Below, piece by piece: positions 8,216-17,582 of a stretch of DNA of 64,000 nt. Made by a program: the position numbers and the translations under genes. The DNA comes from Deltaproteobacteria bacterium. GTDB taxonomy: Bacteria; Desulfobacterota; BSN033; UBA1163. Below the pieces are notes generated by a model, which was not told where the DNA came from, made no database searches, and saw only the letters and a program-made list of their open reading frames with translations. Positions within the stretch are counted from its first letter, which is position 1. Each line of letters begins with the position of its first letter. The stretch is taken from contig JAGVBT010000044.1 in assembly GCA_020059605.1 (NCBI GenBank), positions 42,554-106,553 of the forward strand. The letters run 5' to 3'.

Positions 8216-9238
8216 ATGGTCGCCTGGGAGTTGATCCGGAGCTGTAATCTGGCTTGCGTCCACTGCCGCGCCTCTTCGGAAAGGGGACCCTACCCGGGCG
8301 AGCTAACCACGGAGGAATGCTTCAGGGTGATGGATGAGATGGCCACCATCGGCAAACCCGTCATCATCCTCACCGGTGGAGAACCCCTTCTTCGGGCTGA
8401 CATCTTTGATCTGGCCGGTTATGGAACGAGGAAAGGGTTCCGGATGGTGATGGCCACCAACGGCACCCTGATCACCCAAGAGAACGTAAAAGCGATGAAG
8501 GGCTCGGGGATCCAGAGGATCAGCATCAGCCTGGACGGCCCTGATGCAGAGACCCATGACGCCTTCCGCAAGGTGAAAGGCTCTTTTGAGGGATCGCTCA
8601 GGGGTATCGAGGTCGCCAGGAAAGAGGAACTTCCCTTTCAAATCAATACCACGATCACAAAGACCAACCTCCATCTGATCGAAAAGATCCTTGGCCTTGC
8701 CGTTGACCTCGGCGCCGTCGCCCATCACATCTTTTTGCTGGTCCCAACGGGGAGAGGAAAGGAACTTCAGGATCAGGAGATATCGGCCCTCGATTATGAA
8801 AAGACCCTCCACTGGTTTTACGAACAGAACGATCGGGTGACCCTCCAGCTCAAGGCTACCTGTGCTCCCCATTACTACCGCATCCTCCGGCAGAGGGCGA
8901 AAAAAGAGGGGAAAAAAATCACCCCTCAAACCCATGGCCTGGATGCCGTGACTCGGGGATGTCTTGGCGGCATCTCTTTCTGCTTTATTTCCCATGTAGG
9001 ACAGGTTCAACCCTGCGGTTATCTGGACCTGGACGGCGGAAACGTGAGGGAGAAACCCTTTCAGGAAATCTGGGCAAAATCCTCCATTTTCCAGGATCTT
9101 CGGAATTTCGATGGTTACCATGGGAAATGCGGACCATGTGAGTTCAGAAAGGTCTGCGGAGGCTGCCGGGCGCGGGCTTACGAAATCTCGGGAGACTATA
9201 TGGGGGAGGAACCCTATTGCGTCTATGAGCCGTCTTAA
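8216..9238 (+). CDS. Radical SAM/SPASM-domain protein, AhbD/NirJ/AhbC-like (alternative heme biosynthesis)
   Basis: CNLACVHC is a CxxxCxxC cluster motif, and the C-terminal CGPCEFRKVCGGCRARAY is a SPASM auxiliary cluster. It sits next to hemB. The preferred start is M28 (8216), because the 27 N-terminal codons of the track ORF are the tandem repeat. Confidence 0.65.
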   Translation: MVAWELIRSCNLACVHCRASSERGPYPGELTTEECFRVMDEMATIGKPVIILTGGEPLLRADIFDLAGYGTRKGFRMVMATNGTLITQENVKAMKGSGIQRISISLDGPDAETHDAFRKVKGSFEGSLRGIEVARKEELPFQINTTITKTNLHLIEKILGLAVDLGAVAHHIFLLVPTGRGKELQDQEISALDYEKTLHWFYEQNDRVTLQLKATCAPHYYRILRQRAKKEGKKITPQTHGLDAVTRGCLGGISFCFISHVGQVQPCGYLDLDGGNVREKPFQEIWAKSSIFQDLRNFDGYHGKCGPCEFRKVCGGCRARAYEISGDYMGEEPYCVYEPS

Positions 9239-10490
9239 ATCTTTCTTCCGTTTCCGGATCAGTTTGACCCTCAAGTTCCTCATGGCCATGATCTGCCTGG
9301 TCATCATCACCTCGGCTGCCTTCGGATGGTTCTTCATCGGGAGAGAAGCTTCCCAACTTCAAGGCCAGTTGGAGGAAAGCGTGTTTCAAGCGAGAATGTC
9401 CCAATTGAAGATGGATATCCTCTTTGTCACCCTGGGAGTCATCGGCATTGGATTTCTGCTCACTCTCATCTTCACCCGGATTCTCCTGAAACCGATCGAA
9501 GAATTAGCCTCGGCTACGGAGAAGATCGCAGAGGGCGATTTGTCCCAGGCCGTTCAAATTCGCTCCAGGGATGAGATCGGAGATCTCGCCAGGGCCTTCA
9601 ATCAGATGACCCTCCAGTTGAAAGACTCCAGAAATGAACTCGAAAGCAGGGTGGAGGAGCGGACCCGGCAACTGGAAGGAAACATCGCCGAACTCAACCA
9701 TGCCAGGACGGTAACGCTCAAAATGCTCGAAAACCTCCAGTCTGCCAAAATGGAACTGGAGAGAGTCAATCTTGAGTTAAAGGAGGCGGATGAAACCCGG
9801 ATGAAATTTATCGGAATGGCCTCTCACGAATTGAAAACCCCGCTCACTGCCATCAAAGCCAACATCGACTTCATTCTCTCCGGAAAAGGAGGAAGGGTGC
9901 CCGATGATTTGAAGTCCCATCTCCTCACCATCCAGAGAAACACCAACCGCATCCAGGGGACGATGGATCATATGCTTGACCTCACCCGGATCAAATCGGG
10001 TCACCTCCCTCTTGATCCTGAGCCCATTCTCCTCTCCGAAGTGGTCGGGGGATATATCCACGAGGTGAAACCGGTTGAGAAGAACATCACCATCCAGGTC
10101 GATATTCCTGGAGATCTTTTCGTCTACGCCGATCGAAACCGACTTCACGATATTTTTATCAATCTCCTTTCCAACGCCTTTAAATTTACACCGGAGGGCG
10201 GGAAGGTTTCGGTTTTTGCCAGTCAAAGGGACGATGAAATCCTCCATGAGGTTCGGGATACCGGCTTGGGTATTCCGGAGGATAAACTCCAGAAGATCTT
10301 TGAAGAATTCTACCAGGCCGAGGGGGGCAAATACGGTGGCACGGGGTTAGGTCTTTCCATTGCCAAAAGGGTGATCGAAGAACATGGAGGAAAGATCTGG
10401 GTGGACTCCCGTCCCGGAGAAGGGTCCGTTTTTTATTTTACTCTCCCCGCCGTTTTGGAGAAGGAAGATGGAAGATCAATCCGGTCATAA
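9225..10490 (+). CDS. Sensor histidine kinase (TM, HAMP, HisKA and HATPase_c domains)
   Basis: Two TM helices, the HAMP segment (ASATEKIAEGDLSQ), the H-box MASHELKTPL and the G-box GGTGLGLSIAKR are present. The start at 9225 overlaps the upstream stop. Confidence 0.8.
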   Translation: MSRLKSFFRFRISLTLKFLMAMICLVIITSAAFGWFFIGREASQLQGQLEESVFQARMSQLKMDILFVTLGVIGIGFLLTLIFTRILLKPIEELASATEKIAEGDLSQAVQIRSRDEIGDLARAFNQMTLQLKDSRNELESRVEERTRQLEGNIAELNHARTVTLKMLENLQSAKMELERVNLELKEADETRMKFIGMASHELKTPLTAIKANIDFILSGKGGRVPDDLKSHLLTIQRNTNRIQGTMDHMLDLTRIKSGHLPLDPEPILLSEVVGGYIHEVKPVEKNITIQVDIPGDLFVYADRNRLHDIFINLLSNAFKFTPEGGKVSVFASQRDDEILHEVRDTGLGIPEDKLQKIFEEFYQAEGGKYGGTGLGLSIAKRVIEEHGGKIWVDSRPGEGSVFYFTLPAVLEKEDGRSIRS

Positions 10491-11382
10491 AGAGACAAAG
10501 GGAAAGGTCTTGGTCGTTGACGATGCTCTGGATACCCGGGAGATCATTCAGAAGCTTCTTCGCTATGAAGGATACGAGGTCATGACGGTCTCCACCGGAG
10601 AGGAAGGGGTGAAGAAGACCGAAGAAGAAAAGCCGGATGTCATTCTGATGGATATCAACCTTCCCGGAATCGACGGAAACGAAGCTTTGAGACAGGTAAA
10701 AAAGAAAAATCCCATTCAATGCGTCATCATGCTCACCGCCTATGCCACGGTGGACAACGCCATCCGGGCACTCAAGGAAGGGGCTTCTGACTTTATTAAG
10801 AAACCCTTTGAGAACGAACATCTCATCCATATCGTCAACCAGACGATGGAACAGCATCTGACCCTCACGGAAAAAGAAAAACTGGAGGAGGAGGTTCGGA
10901 GGCTCTCGATCACCGATGACTTGACCGGCCTTTACAATCATCGTCATTTTTTTAAGACCCTCGACTCCGAATTGGTTCGGCTGAAGCGACAGAAGACGTC
11001 TCTCTCCCTTCTCATGTTCGATCTTGACAATTTTAAACGGTATAATGATCTCTATGGGCATCTCGAGGGGGACCGGGTGTTGCGGCAGGTCGGCGAGATT
11101 GTCAGACACTCCATCCGGAGCAATGTCGATTCCGGTTATCGCTACGGGGGGGACGAATTTGCCGCCCTTCTCATCGGCGCCGCGCGAGATCAGGCCCTCA
11201 ATATTGCCGAACGAATCCGTTCAACCATCGAGCAAGCCGGATTCGAAAAGATTACGGTCAGCATCGGACTGTCGGAGTTCAGGGAGCACTTCGATCTGGA
11301 GGGTCTTGTGAAATCGGCAGATGATGCCATGTATATGGCCAAACACTCGGGCGGGAACCGGGTTTACACATCGACTCACTGA
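10468..11382 (+). CDS. Response regulator with receiver and GGDEF diguanylate cyclase domains
   Basis: The REC phospho-acceptor context (VLVVDDA...DVILMDINLPG) and an intact GGDEF motif (RYGGDEFAALL) are present. The RBS GGAGAAGGAAG precedes the ATG at 10468. It is translationally coupled to the kinase. Confidence 0.8.
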   Translation: MEDQSGHKETKGKVLVVDDALDTREIIQKLLRYEGYEVMTVSTGEEGVKKTEEEKPDVILMDINLPGIDGNEALRQVKKKNPIQCVIMLTAYATVDNAIRALKEGASDFIKKPFENEHLIHIVNQTMEQHLTLTEKEKLEEEVRRLSITDDLTGLYNHRHFFKTLDSELVRLKRQKTSLSLLMFDLDNFKRYNDLYGHLEGDRVLRQVGEIVRHSIRSNVDSGYRYGGDEFAALLIGAARDQALNIAERIRSTIEQAGFEKITVSIGLSEFREHFDLEGLVKSADDAMYMAKHSGGNRVYTSTH

Positions 11383-11465
11383 GAGATAAAAGGTATAGGG
11401 CGTCACATCGTCTTTCAGACGACCATAAGACTACGCGGCCATATGACTATTAGACGATAACGTTT

Positions 11466-14126
11466 ATGTCTTCCCACCCCCGACTCTTTCTTATCGATGG
11501 TTCTTCTTACATCTACCGGGCCTTTTACGCCATACGACACCTCTCGAATTCAAAGGGTTTTCCAACCAATGCCATTTATGGCTTCACCCAGATGCTGCTC
11601 AAGGTGCTCAAAGACCATCGGCCCGAGTATCTTGCGGTTGTCTTCGATTCGAAGGCCCCCACCTTCCGGAGCGAGGCCTATCAGGCTTATAAGGCGAACC
11701 GGCCCACCATGCCGGAGGGATTGATTCCCCAGATTCCTTATATCAAGAAAATCGTCGAAGGTTATCGCATTGCCACGTTGGAGATGGATGGATACGAAGC
11801 AGATGATATCATCGGAACCGTAGCAAAAGGGTTGGAGTCGGAAGCCGATGTGGTGGTCATCACCGGAGACAAGGACATCCTTCAGCTGGTGGGCGAGCGG
11901 ATCCGGGTTTATGATACGATGAAAGAGAAATGGATGGGGCCGGAGGAGGTGAAGGAGCGCTTTGGTGTGACACCCGAACAGGTGGTGGAAGTGATGGGTC
12001 TGGCCGGAGATGCCATCGACAATATTCCTGGCGTCCCTGGAATTGGAGAGAAAACGGCGATTGAATTGATTAAAAAATTCGGATCGATCGAGAACCTCCT
12101 CAACCGTTTAGACGAGGTTCCCCAGGAGAAGTTAAAAGAGAAGCTGAAAAGTCACAAGGATCTGGCGCGGCTGAGCCGGCGGTTAGCGACGATCCGGATC
12201 GATGTCCCCATCGTCTACCGGAAAGAGGATTTCGTCCTCTCTTCTCCGGACCCGGGAGGCCTCAGGGGACTCTTTAAAGAATTGGAGTTCCATAAACTTC
12301 TCAGGGAATTTTCTGAAGAATCTCCGGAAGGAAAGCCGGACCGGGATTATCGTCTGATCATGGACCGGGATGTGTTCCTTTCATTGCTGCAAGACCTGAA
12401 GGAATCGAAATGCTTTGCCATCGATATCGAGACCACCTCCCTCTATCCGATGTGGGCCAAACCCGTTGGAATCAGCCTCTCCCATGCACCCCATCAAGCC
12501 TTCTATATCCCCGTCGGCCACATGAATGCCGGGCAACTCCCCCTCGACTGGGTACTGGAACAATTAAAGCCGCTTCTGGATGAGGAAGGGGTGAAAAAGG
12601 CCGGGCAAAACATCAAATATGACTGGATCGTCCTTAAACGCCTCGGTATCGACGTACGAGGGATTCTCTGCGATACGATGATTGCCTCCTACCTTCTCAA
12701 CCCCACAAAACACAACCATAACCTCGGTGAGATTGCCCGCGAGTACCTGGACCGGGAAGTGACCGAATACAAGGAAGTGGTGGGCGGAAAGGAAATGACC
12801 TTTGATCAAGTCGATCTTGACAGGGCGAGGGATTACAGTTGTGAAGATGCAGATGTAACCCTCCAGCTCTCCCATCTCCTCCTCCCGAAGTTGAAGGAAG
12901 GAGGGTTTGAAGAACTTTTCGGCAGGGTGGAGATGCCTCTTGCCGTTGTCCTGGCTAAGATGGAGATGAACGGTGTAAAGATCGACATCGATTTTCTAAG
13001 GGGATTTTCTAAGGAGATTGAAGGACAGCTCCTTGGGAAAATGGACCGGATCTACGGGCTCGCAGGGGAAGCCTTCAATATCAACTCTTCCCGGCAGCTG
13101 GGAAAGATCCTCTTTGATAAATTCAACCTGCCTGTGATCAAAAAAACCAAGACAGGAGTCTCGACCGATGTGGAAGTTCTCGAAAAACTTTCCCTTCATC
13201 ATGATCTTCCCCTCGAGATCCTGGGATATCGTAATCTCTCCAAACTCAAATCGACCTACATCGATGCCTTGCCCAAATTGGTTCATCCTGAAACAGGTCG
13301 TGTCCATACTTCCTACAATCAGACGGTCACGGCGACGGGAAGGCTCTCTTCCAGCGATCCGAATCTTCAGAATATCCCCATCCGCACAGAGGAAGGAAAC
13401 CGTATCCGTCAGGCCTTTATCCCTGAGAAGGGATACGTGATCGTCTCGGCGGATTACTCTCAGATTGAGTTGAGGATTCTCGCCCACCTTTCCAGGGATG
13501 AAGTGCTGGTTGAGGCCTTTGAAAAGAATGAAGACATTCATAGCCGGACGGCCTCTGAGATCTTCGGGGTTTCGATGGAAAAGGTGACCCCTGGCATGAG
13601 AAGGGAGGCCAAGGTGATCAACTTCGGCATCATCTACGGAATGAGCGCCTATGGCCTCTCCCAGCAGTTGAAAATAGAACCCAAAATCGCACAGGCCTAC
13701 ATCGACCAATACTTTCAAAAATATACCGGAGTTCAAACCTATATCCGGACAAGCCTCGAGGAAGCCAGGAAGAAAGGTTTTGTCATAACCCTTCTCAATC
13801 GGAGGCGTTACCTGCCCGAGATCAATTCTCCAACGGCCACCATCCGGCAGGCTTCCGAAAGGATGGCCATCAACACCCCCCTCCAGGGAACAGCCGCAGA
13901 TATGATCAAAGTGGCGATGATCCGGATACAGACCCGGCTGGAAAACCTTCATCTTTCAACGAAGATGATCATGCAGGTTCACGACGAACTGGTCTTTGAA
14001 GTCCCCGAAGGAGAGATCGAAAATGCTCTCCCGATGATTCGGACGGAGATGGAGGCGGTGATGGAACTGCTCGTTCCTCTCAAAGTTTCAATCAGTAGAG
14101 GCAACAATTGGGCCGAAGCCCACTAA
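11466..14126 (+). CDS. polA: DNA polymerase I
   Basis: 886 aa with the 5'-3' exonuclease N-terminus (LIDGSSYIYRAFYA), a 3'-5' exonuclease domain and the polymerase motifs RRxAKxINFGxxYG and QVHDELV. Confidence 0.95.
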   Translation: MSSHPRLFLIDGSSYIYRAFYAIRHLSNSKGFPTNAIYGFTQMLLKVLKDHRPEYLAVVFDSKAPTFRSEAYQAYKANRPTMPEGLIPQIPYIKKIVEGYRIATLEMDGYEADDIIGTVAKGLESEADVVVITGDKDILQLVGERIRVYDTMKEKWMGPEEVKERFGVTPEQVVEVMGLAGDAIDNIPGVPGIGEKTAIELIKKFGSIENLLNRLDEVPQEKLKEKLKSHKDLARLSRRLATIRIDVPIVYRKEDFVLSSPDPGGLRGLFKELEFHKLLREFSEESPEGKPDRDYRLIMDRDVFLSLLQDLKESKCFAIDIETTSLYPMWAKPVGISLSHAPHQAFYIPVGHMNAGQLPLDWVLEQLKPLLDEEGVKKAGQNIKYDWIVLKRLGIDVRGILCDTMIASYLLNPTKHNHNLGEIAREYLDREVTEYKEVVGGKEMTFDQVDLDRARDYSCEDADVTLQLSHLLLPKLKEGGFEELFGRVEMPLAVVLAKMEMNGVKIDIDFLRGFSKEIEGQLLGKMDRIYGLAGEAFNINSSRQLGKILFDKFNLPVIKKTKTGVSTDVEVLEKLSLHHDLPLEILGYRNLSKLKSTYIDALPKLVHPETGRVHTSYNQTVTATGRLSSSDPNLQNIPIRTEEGNRIRQAFIPEKGYVIVSADYSQIELRILAHLSRDEVLVEAFEKNEDIHSRTASEIFGVSMEKVTPGMRREAKVINFGIIYGMSAYGLSQQLKIEPKIAQAYIDQYFQKYTGVQTYIRTSLEEARKKGFVITLLNRRRYLPEINSPTATIRQASERMAINTPLQGTAADMIKVAMIRIQTRLENLHLSTKMIMQVHDELVFEVPEGEIENALPMIRTEMEAVMELLVPLKVSISRGNNWAEAH

Positions 14127-14776
14127 CCCCCTGTTAGGAGTAATGAGTTCGGAGTGAGGTTTTCATTAATGTCCTGGTCTGAAAAGATAAGGCTTTCTTC
14201 AACTGACTCCCTTGTTTCACCCGGGCCTCCCAGCAATAAAAATCCAAATCGCTTGATCCCCTGGCCGGATAAGACATCTGAAATTTGCCGCACCTCTTCC
14301 AGGGTAAATCTTTTGTTCATCTCCGTTAGGATTTGTTCAGACCCGCTTTCAAACCCGATGCTTGCTTGCTCGCATCCGGCTCTGGCCATCCATTCCGCAA
14401 GCTTTTCATCGATCTGCCTGGGGTAAAGGATGCCCCACCACTTAATGTCAAGGTCTTCTTTGACGAGTTTCCGACAGATTTCTTCGGCATAAGAGGGTGG
14501 GAGGTTGAAGGTATTGTCGACGAAGTAGAACCGATCAACCCCGGCCTTACGCCAACGAGCGATCCACTCGACCATCGTCTCCGGGGAATGTCTCCGTAAC
14601 TTCCGCCCTTCAATCGTCTTCATGAGAATAGACGGTCCATCTTTTTCAGCCATCAAATCTACGACGGCCACGTCATGGCCAGCCTTTTGAGTCGAAGCGG
14701 CCACACATGCCAGGCCCAGGGGCAGGGTGGGCATATTGATCTTTTCCGTGTTAGCAGAAAGGAGTAAGACTTTCAT
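14123..14776 (-). pseudogene. B12-binding radical SAM homolog, internally deleted and C-terminally truncated remnant
   Basis: The N-terminus MKVLLLSANTEKINMPTLPLGLACVAASTQKAGHDVAVVDL is the start of a B12-binding domain. The C-terminal half (VDRFYFVDNTFN...AGCEQASIGFESGSEQILTEMNKRFT...GGPGETRESVEES) matches the radical SAM core. The roughly 170 aa between them, including the CxxxCxxC cluster motif, are absent, and the protein is only 217 aa. It converges on polA with a 4 nt overlap. Confidence 0.45.
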
Positions 14777-14877
14777 GGCTTAAATCCGGTCACCCTCTCA
14801 AAAGAGAAAAACCTTCCGTTTTCATTTGTGATAGTAAAGTGAACAAATTCAAAGACGTCCCCTCGGGCCACGGCAAT

Positions 14878-15507
14878 CTAATAGGGGAGCTTTCGTTTCT
14901 TCAGGCCACACTTTGTTAGGAATTGTTCGAAAGCTTCGTAGGGCTGGAACCCGACAATTTCTCGCCGATCAATCAAAAATGTGGGCACCCCGGTAATCCC
15001 GAGTTCACGAGAACGGGACCAATCGGTATCGACCGCCTCCTTGAAGGTTCTCGATTCAAGGGCCGATCTTGCTCCCTTTTCTGGGAGGCCGATTCCACTG
15101 GCAAGCCTCACCAGTTCATCTATCTTGCCGATATTTCTTCCCTCGACAAAATAAGCGTGAAACATGGCCTCATGGAATGGATCGCCTTTCTGCTCCGATT
15201 CCGCCCATTTTGCCAACTCCTGAGCAAGACGGCTGTTGTAGGTCCGTTTCCGCTCGCCGAGAGGAAGGCCCACTTCATCCGCTGTCTTCCGTAACCGGAT
15301 AAGGAGTTTATTGATGTCTACGGAGCGTCCGGCAAAGAGTTCCTCAAGGCTGAGCCCTTCTTCAGGTGTTTCCGGATGAAGAGGAAAAGCCTTCCAGCGG
15401 ACCTCAATTTCGTAATTCTTCCGTAATTGATCAATACGCACGGTACTGAAATAACACCAGGGTCAGACATAATCGGAAAATACTTCAAGGATTGCTGCTT
15501 CAGTCAT
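14878..15507 (-). CDS. FrnE/DsbA-like thiol-disulfide oxidoreductase with an in-frame TGA (candidate selenocysteine) in the redox motif: U-P-W-C
   Basis: The track ORF starts at GTG 15441. The frame continues upstream through TGA (complement 15463..15465) to ATG at 15505-15507, giving MTEAAILEVFSDYV[TGA]PWCYFSTVRIDQL.... This is the canonical FrnE N-terminus, with TGA at the position of the first Cys of CPWC. A hairpin CCGUGCGUAUUGAUCAAUUACGG lies about 20 nt 3' of the UGA. Confidence 0.6.
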
Positions 15508-15857
15508 AAGTCCCTCCGGTCTGCATTCAAATGCTTCTCAATCTGTTACATGTGAGGGGACGTTGGTTCAAATACAACTTATCAATTTTTAAAGGCCATG
15601 GGATCAATCAATCCTAATAGAGTGCTTTCCGGGGGAGTTAGTTTTTCACTCAATCTTGAATTCTTTTGCTTCTGTTCCAATTACCCCCCGGAAGTTGACC
15701 TCTTTATACCAAAAATTTAATTTTATGGCAATTTTTGATGCGGGAAGACAAAGAAAAGATCAGCATCATGGGGAGGTGGGAAGAGAGGCAGATCTCAACC
15801 GGTAACGTCTGGCTCAAACCGAAGGAATGGTTCGGAGTGAACAATGAAAAATCAAAT

Positions 15858-15890
15858 CTCCGAACTCCGGACTAATTACTCCGAACTTTT
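15858..15890. repeat. CTCCGAACT-word repeat cluster
   Basis: CTCCGAACTCCGGACTAATTACTCCGAACTTTT overlaps the stop codon of the GHL-domain gene. It shares its word with the 8176 tandem repeat and with an inverted copy at 14137-14160. Confidence 0.6.
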
Positions 15891-17489
15891 CTTAGTTCCA
15901 CTCCACTTCCCTTTGAACTGGTGGAGGGGGAATTGATGGAGGTAGGGAACAAAGGCCAAACTGACCTCCCCTTGTTCCAAGATCCTTTCCAAAACCTCCC
16001 CAATCTCTTTCTGTGGGGCGAGTTCATAGCCCACCGCCTCGTTGCTCTTCCAATCGAGGATCCAGACCTTCATCAATACCCTGGAGGGGTCGCCTGCGGC
16101 CTTGACCGCTTTTCCTGCGGCTTCAGCCATCAGGTCAATGGACTCTTTTAATCCGATCTCCCTGCCTTTCATGGCCTGGCGATGATAGGCCATGATGGCA
16201 TAGTAGTCAAATCCTTTCTTGATGGCCCCGGGCAAGGTTTGTGAAAACCAGGCCACCCCGTTGGAATCGTTGAGAACGGCTTCGAAATAGAGGTTGATCG
16301 CAAACTGCAACTTTGGGTTGGACTCCCTGGCCGCCGCCATCAGTCTCTCGGCCACCCCCATCAGCTGGCGGTTCTTCCAGTTGGCCCACGTCCAGAACTG
16401 TTCCGTATATCCCTTGACATAATACTTTCCGGATTCGGATCGGTAAGGGTCGATATAGAAGATATCCGGATGGGGAGAGTATCCGAACTCTTTCAGGAAG
16501 GCCTTGTTGGCGTCAGCGCTGAAATCTTCATTGTGGCGGAGAATCAGATCGTCCTGAAAGAGGATGCCGTCAATGGAATAACGGCCGAGGTCTCTAAAAA
16601 GCCCTTCGAGCCGTTGTAGAACGTCCGGATGAAACAGGTTCAACCCTCTTCCGATCTCCATCTTCTTCGTTTCGAAATGATAGTTCCTGGACCGGTGGTC
16701 CGTCTGCTTTTCGATGCCGTAGGTGGCGTGACGCGTCGTCATCCAGGCAAAAAGATCCAGTCCGTTCCGCCGGGCAATCTCGGCGATCTTTCCCAAAATA
16801 TCATCGACGACGGGAGCCTGTTCGGTCTCAAAATAAACCCCTTCCTGATGACGTGCCCTCACAAATTTATAGATGGGGTCCCCTCGATTCTGAAAGACCC
16901 TGAAGATCAGCGTGTCCACGCCCGAATTTTTTAACTCCTTGATCCTTTTTTCCACCTCAACGAGGCTCCTGCCATCGATATACGAGATCTGGGCGCAGAT
17001 CCTTCTCTTCGCATATTGAGGCTCCGAAGCGTCCCGGGTTGCAGGTCCCGGTGAAGGGGCTTTCTCTTCTGCCTTCTTGGGCTTCCCCGGTGTGGGGCCC
17101 GTTTCCATCCCGGTTCCGCCGATTCTATTCTCTGGTCCGGATTTCTCCGTGGCCATTTTCAATCCCCGCTCTGATTCCTTGACACGGTCGCCCTCGGGAT
17201 AGGTTTTGAGATAGTATTCGAATGTCCGGGCAGCCTCCCCGTATTTTTCCATCATTAAAAAAGATTGACCCGTCATGTAGTGGGCATAGGAGACCAATCG
17301 ACTGGTTGGAAAAGACTGGATCAATTGTGAAAACGCTTCGATGGCTTTCTGATATCTTCCCTGATCGAAATGCCCCACGGCAGAATCATAAATCTCTCCG
17401 GAGCTGGCGGGCTTTTCCTGCCCCTGGATAAATGGGATAGAAAGAAAGATAATGAGGAGCCAAAACAACCCGATGGAAAATCTCCTCAT
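15876..17489 (-). CDS. Secreted TPR-repeat protein with a C-terminal GHL13/PgaB-C-like glycoside-hydrolase-like domain
   Basis: The start is at M25 (AGGAGG RBS, then the signal peptide MRRFSIGLFWLLIIFLSIPFIQG). N-terminal YbgF-like TPRs are present. The C-terminal roughly 350 aa are TIM-barrel-like (DTLIFRVFQNRGD...DGILFQDD...YYAIMAYH). Confidence 0.55.
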   Translation of the reverse strand: MRRFSIGLFWLLIIFLSIPFIQGQEKPASSGEIYDSAVGHFDQGRYQKAIEAFSQLIQSFPTSRLVSYAHYMTGQSFLMMEKYGEAARTFEYYLKTYPEGDRVKESERGLKMATEKSGPENRIGGTGMETGPTPGKPKKAEEKAPSPGPATRDASEPQYAKRRICAQISYIDGRSLVEVEKRIKELKNSGVDTLIFRVFQNRGDPIYKFVRARHQEGVYFETEQAPVVDDILGKIAEIARRNGLDLFAWMTTRHATYGIEKQTDHRSRNYHFETKKMEIGRGLNLFHPDVLQRLEGLFRDLGRYSIDGILFQDDLILRHNEDFSADANKAFLKEFGYSPHPDIFYIDPYRSESGKYYVKGYTEQFWTWANWKNRQLMGVAERLMAAARESNPKLQFAINLYFEAVLNDSNGVAWFSQTLPGAIKKGFDYYAIMAYHRQAMKGREIGLKESIDLMAEAAGKAVKAAGDPSRVLMKVWILDWKSNEAVGYELAPQKEIGEVLERILEQGEVSLAFVPYLHQFPLHQFKGKWSGTKKSSE

Positions 17490-17532
17490 AAGGCCTCCTA
17501 TTAAAAACTTATTATAAATTGAAAAATTAACA

Positions 17533-17569
17533 ATTAGCATTTTAAATTGATAAATTTTCAATGCTAATT
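17533..17569. promoter_or_regulatory. Palindromic operator-like site TTAGCATT-N20-AATGCTAA
   Basis: AATTAGCATTTTAAATTGATAAATTTTCAATGCTAATT lies in the AT-rich radA/GHL intergenic region. It overlaps the track ORF start at 17561, which supports the downstream start at 17489. Confidence 0.4.
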
Positions 17570-17582
17570 TTGCAATGATTCT

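Noticed and set aside
10438-11109. 223-aa minus-strand ORF
   Set aside because: It is antisense to the REC-GGDEF gene.
12996-13952. 318-aa minus-strand ORF inside polA
   Set aside because: It is antisense to a strongly supported polA coding region. No domain signal is present.
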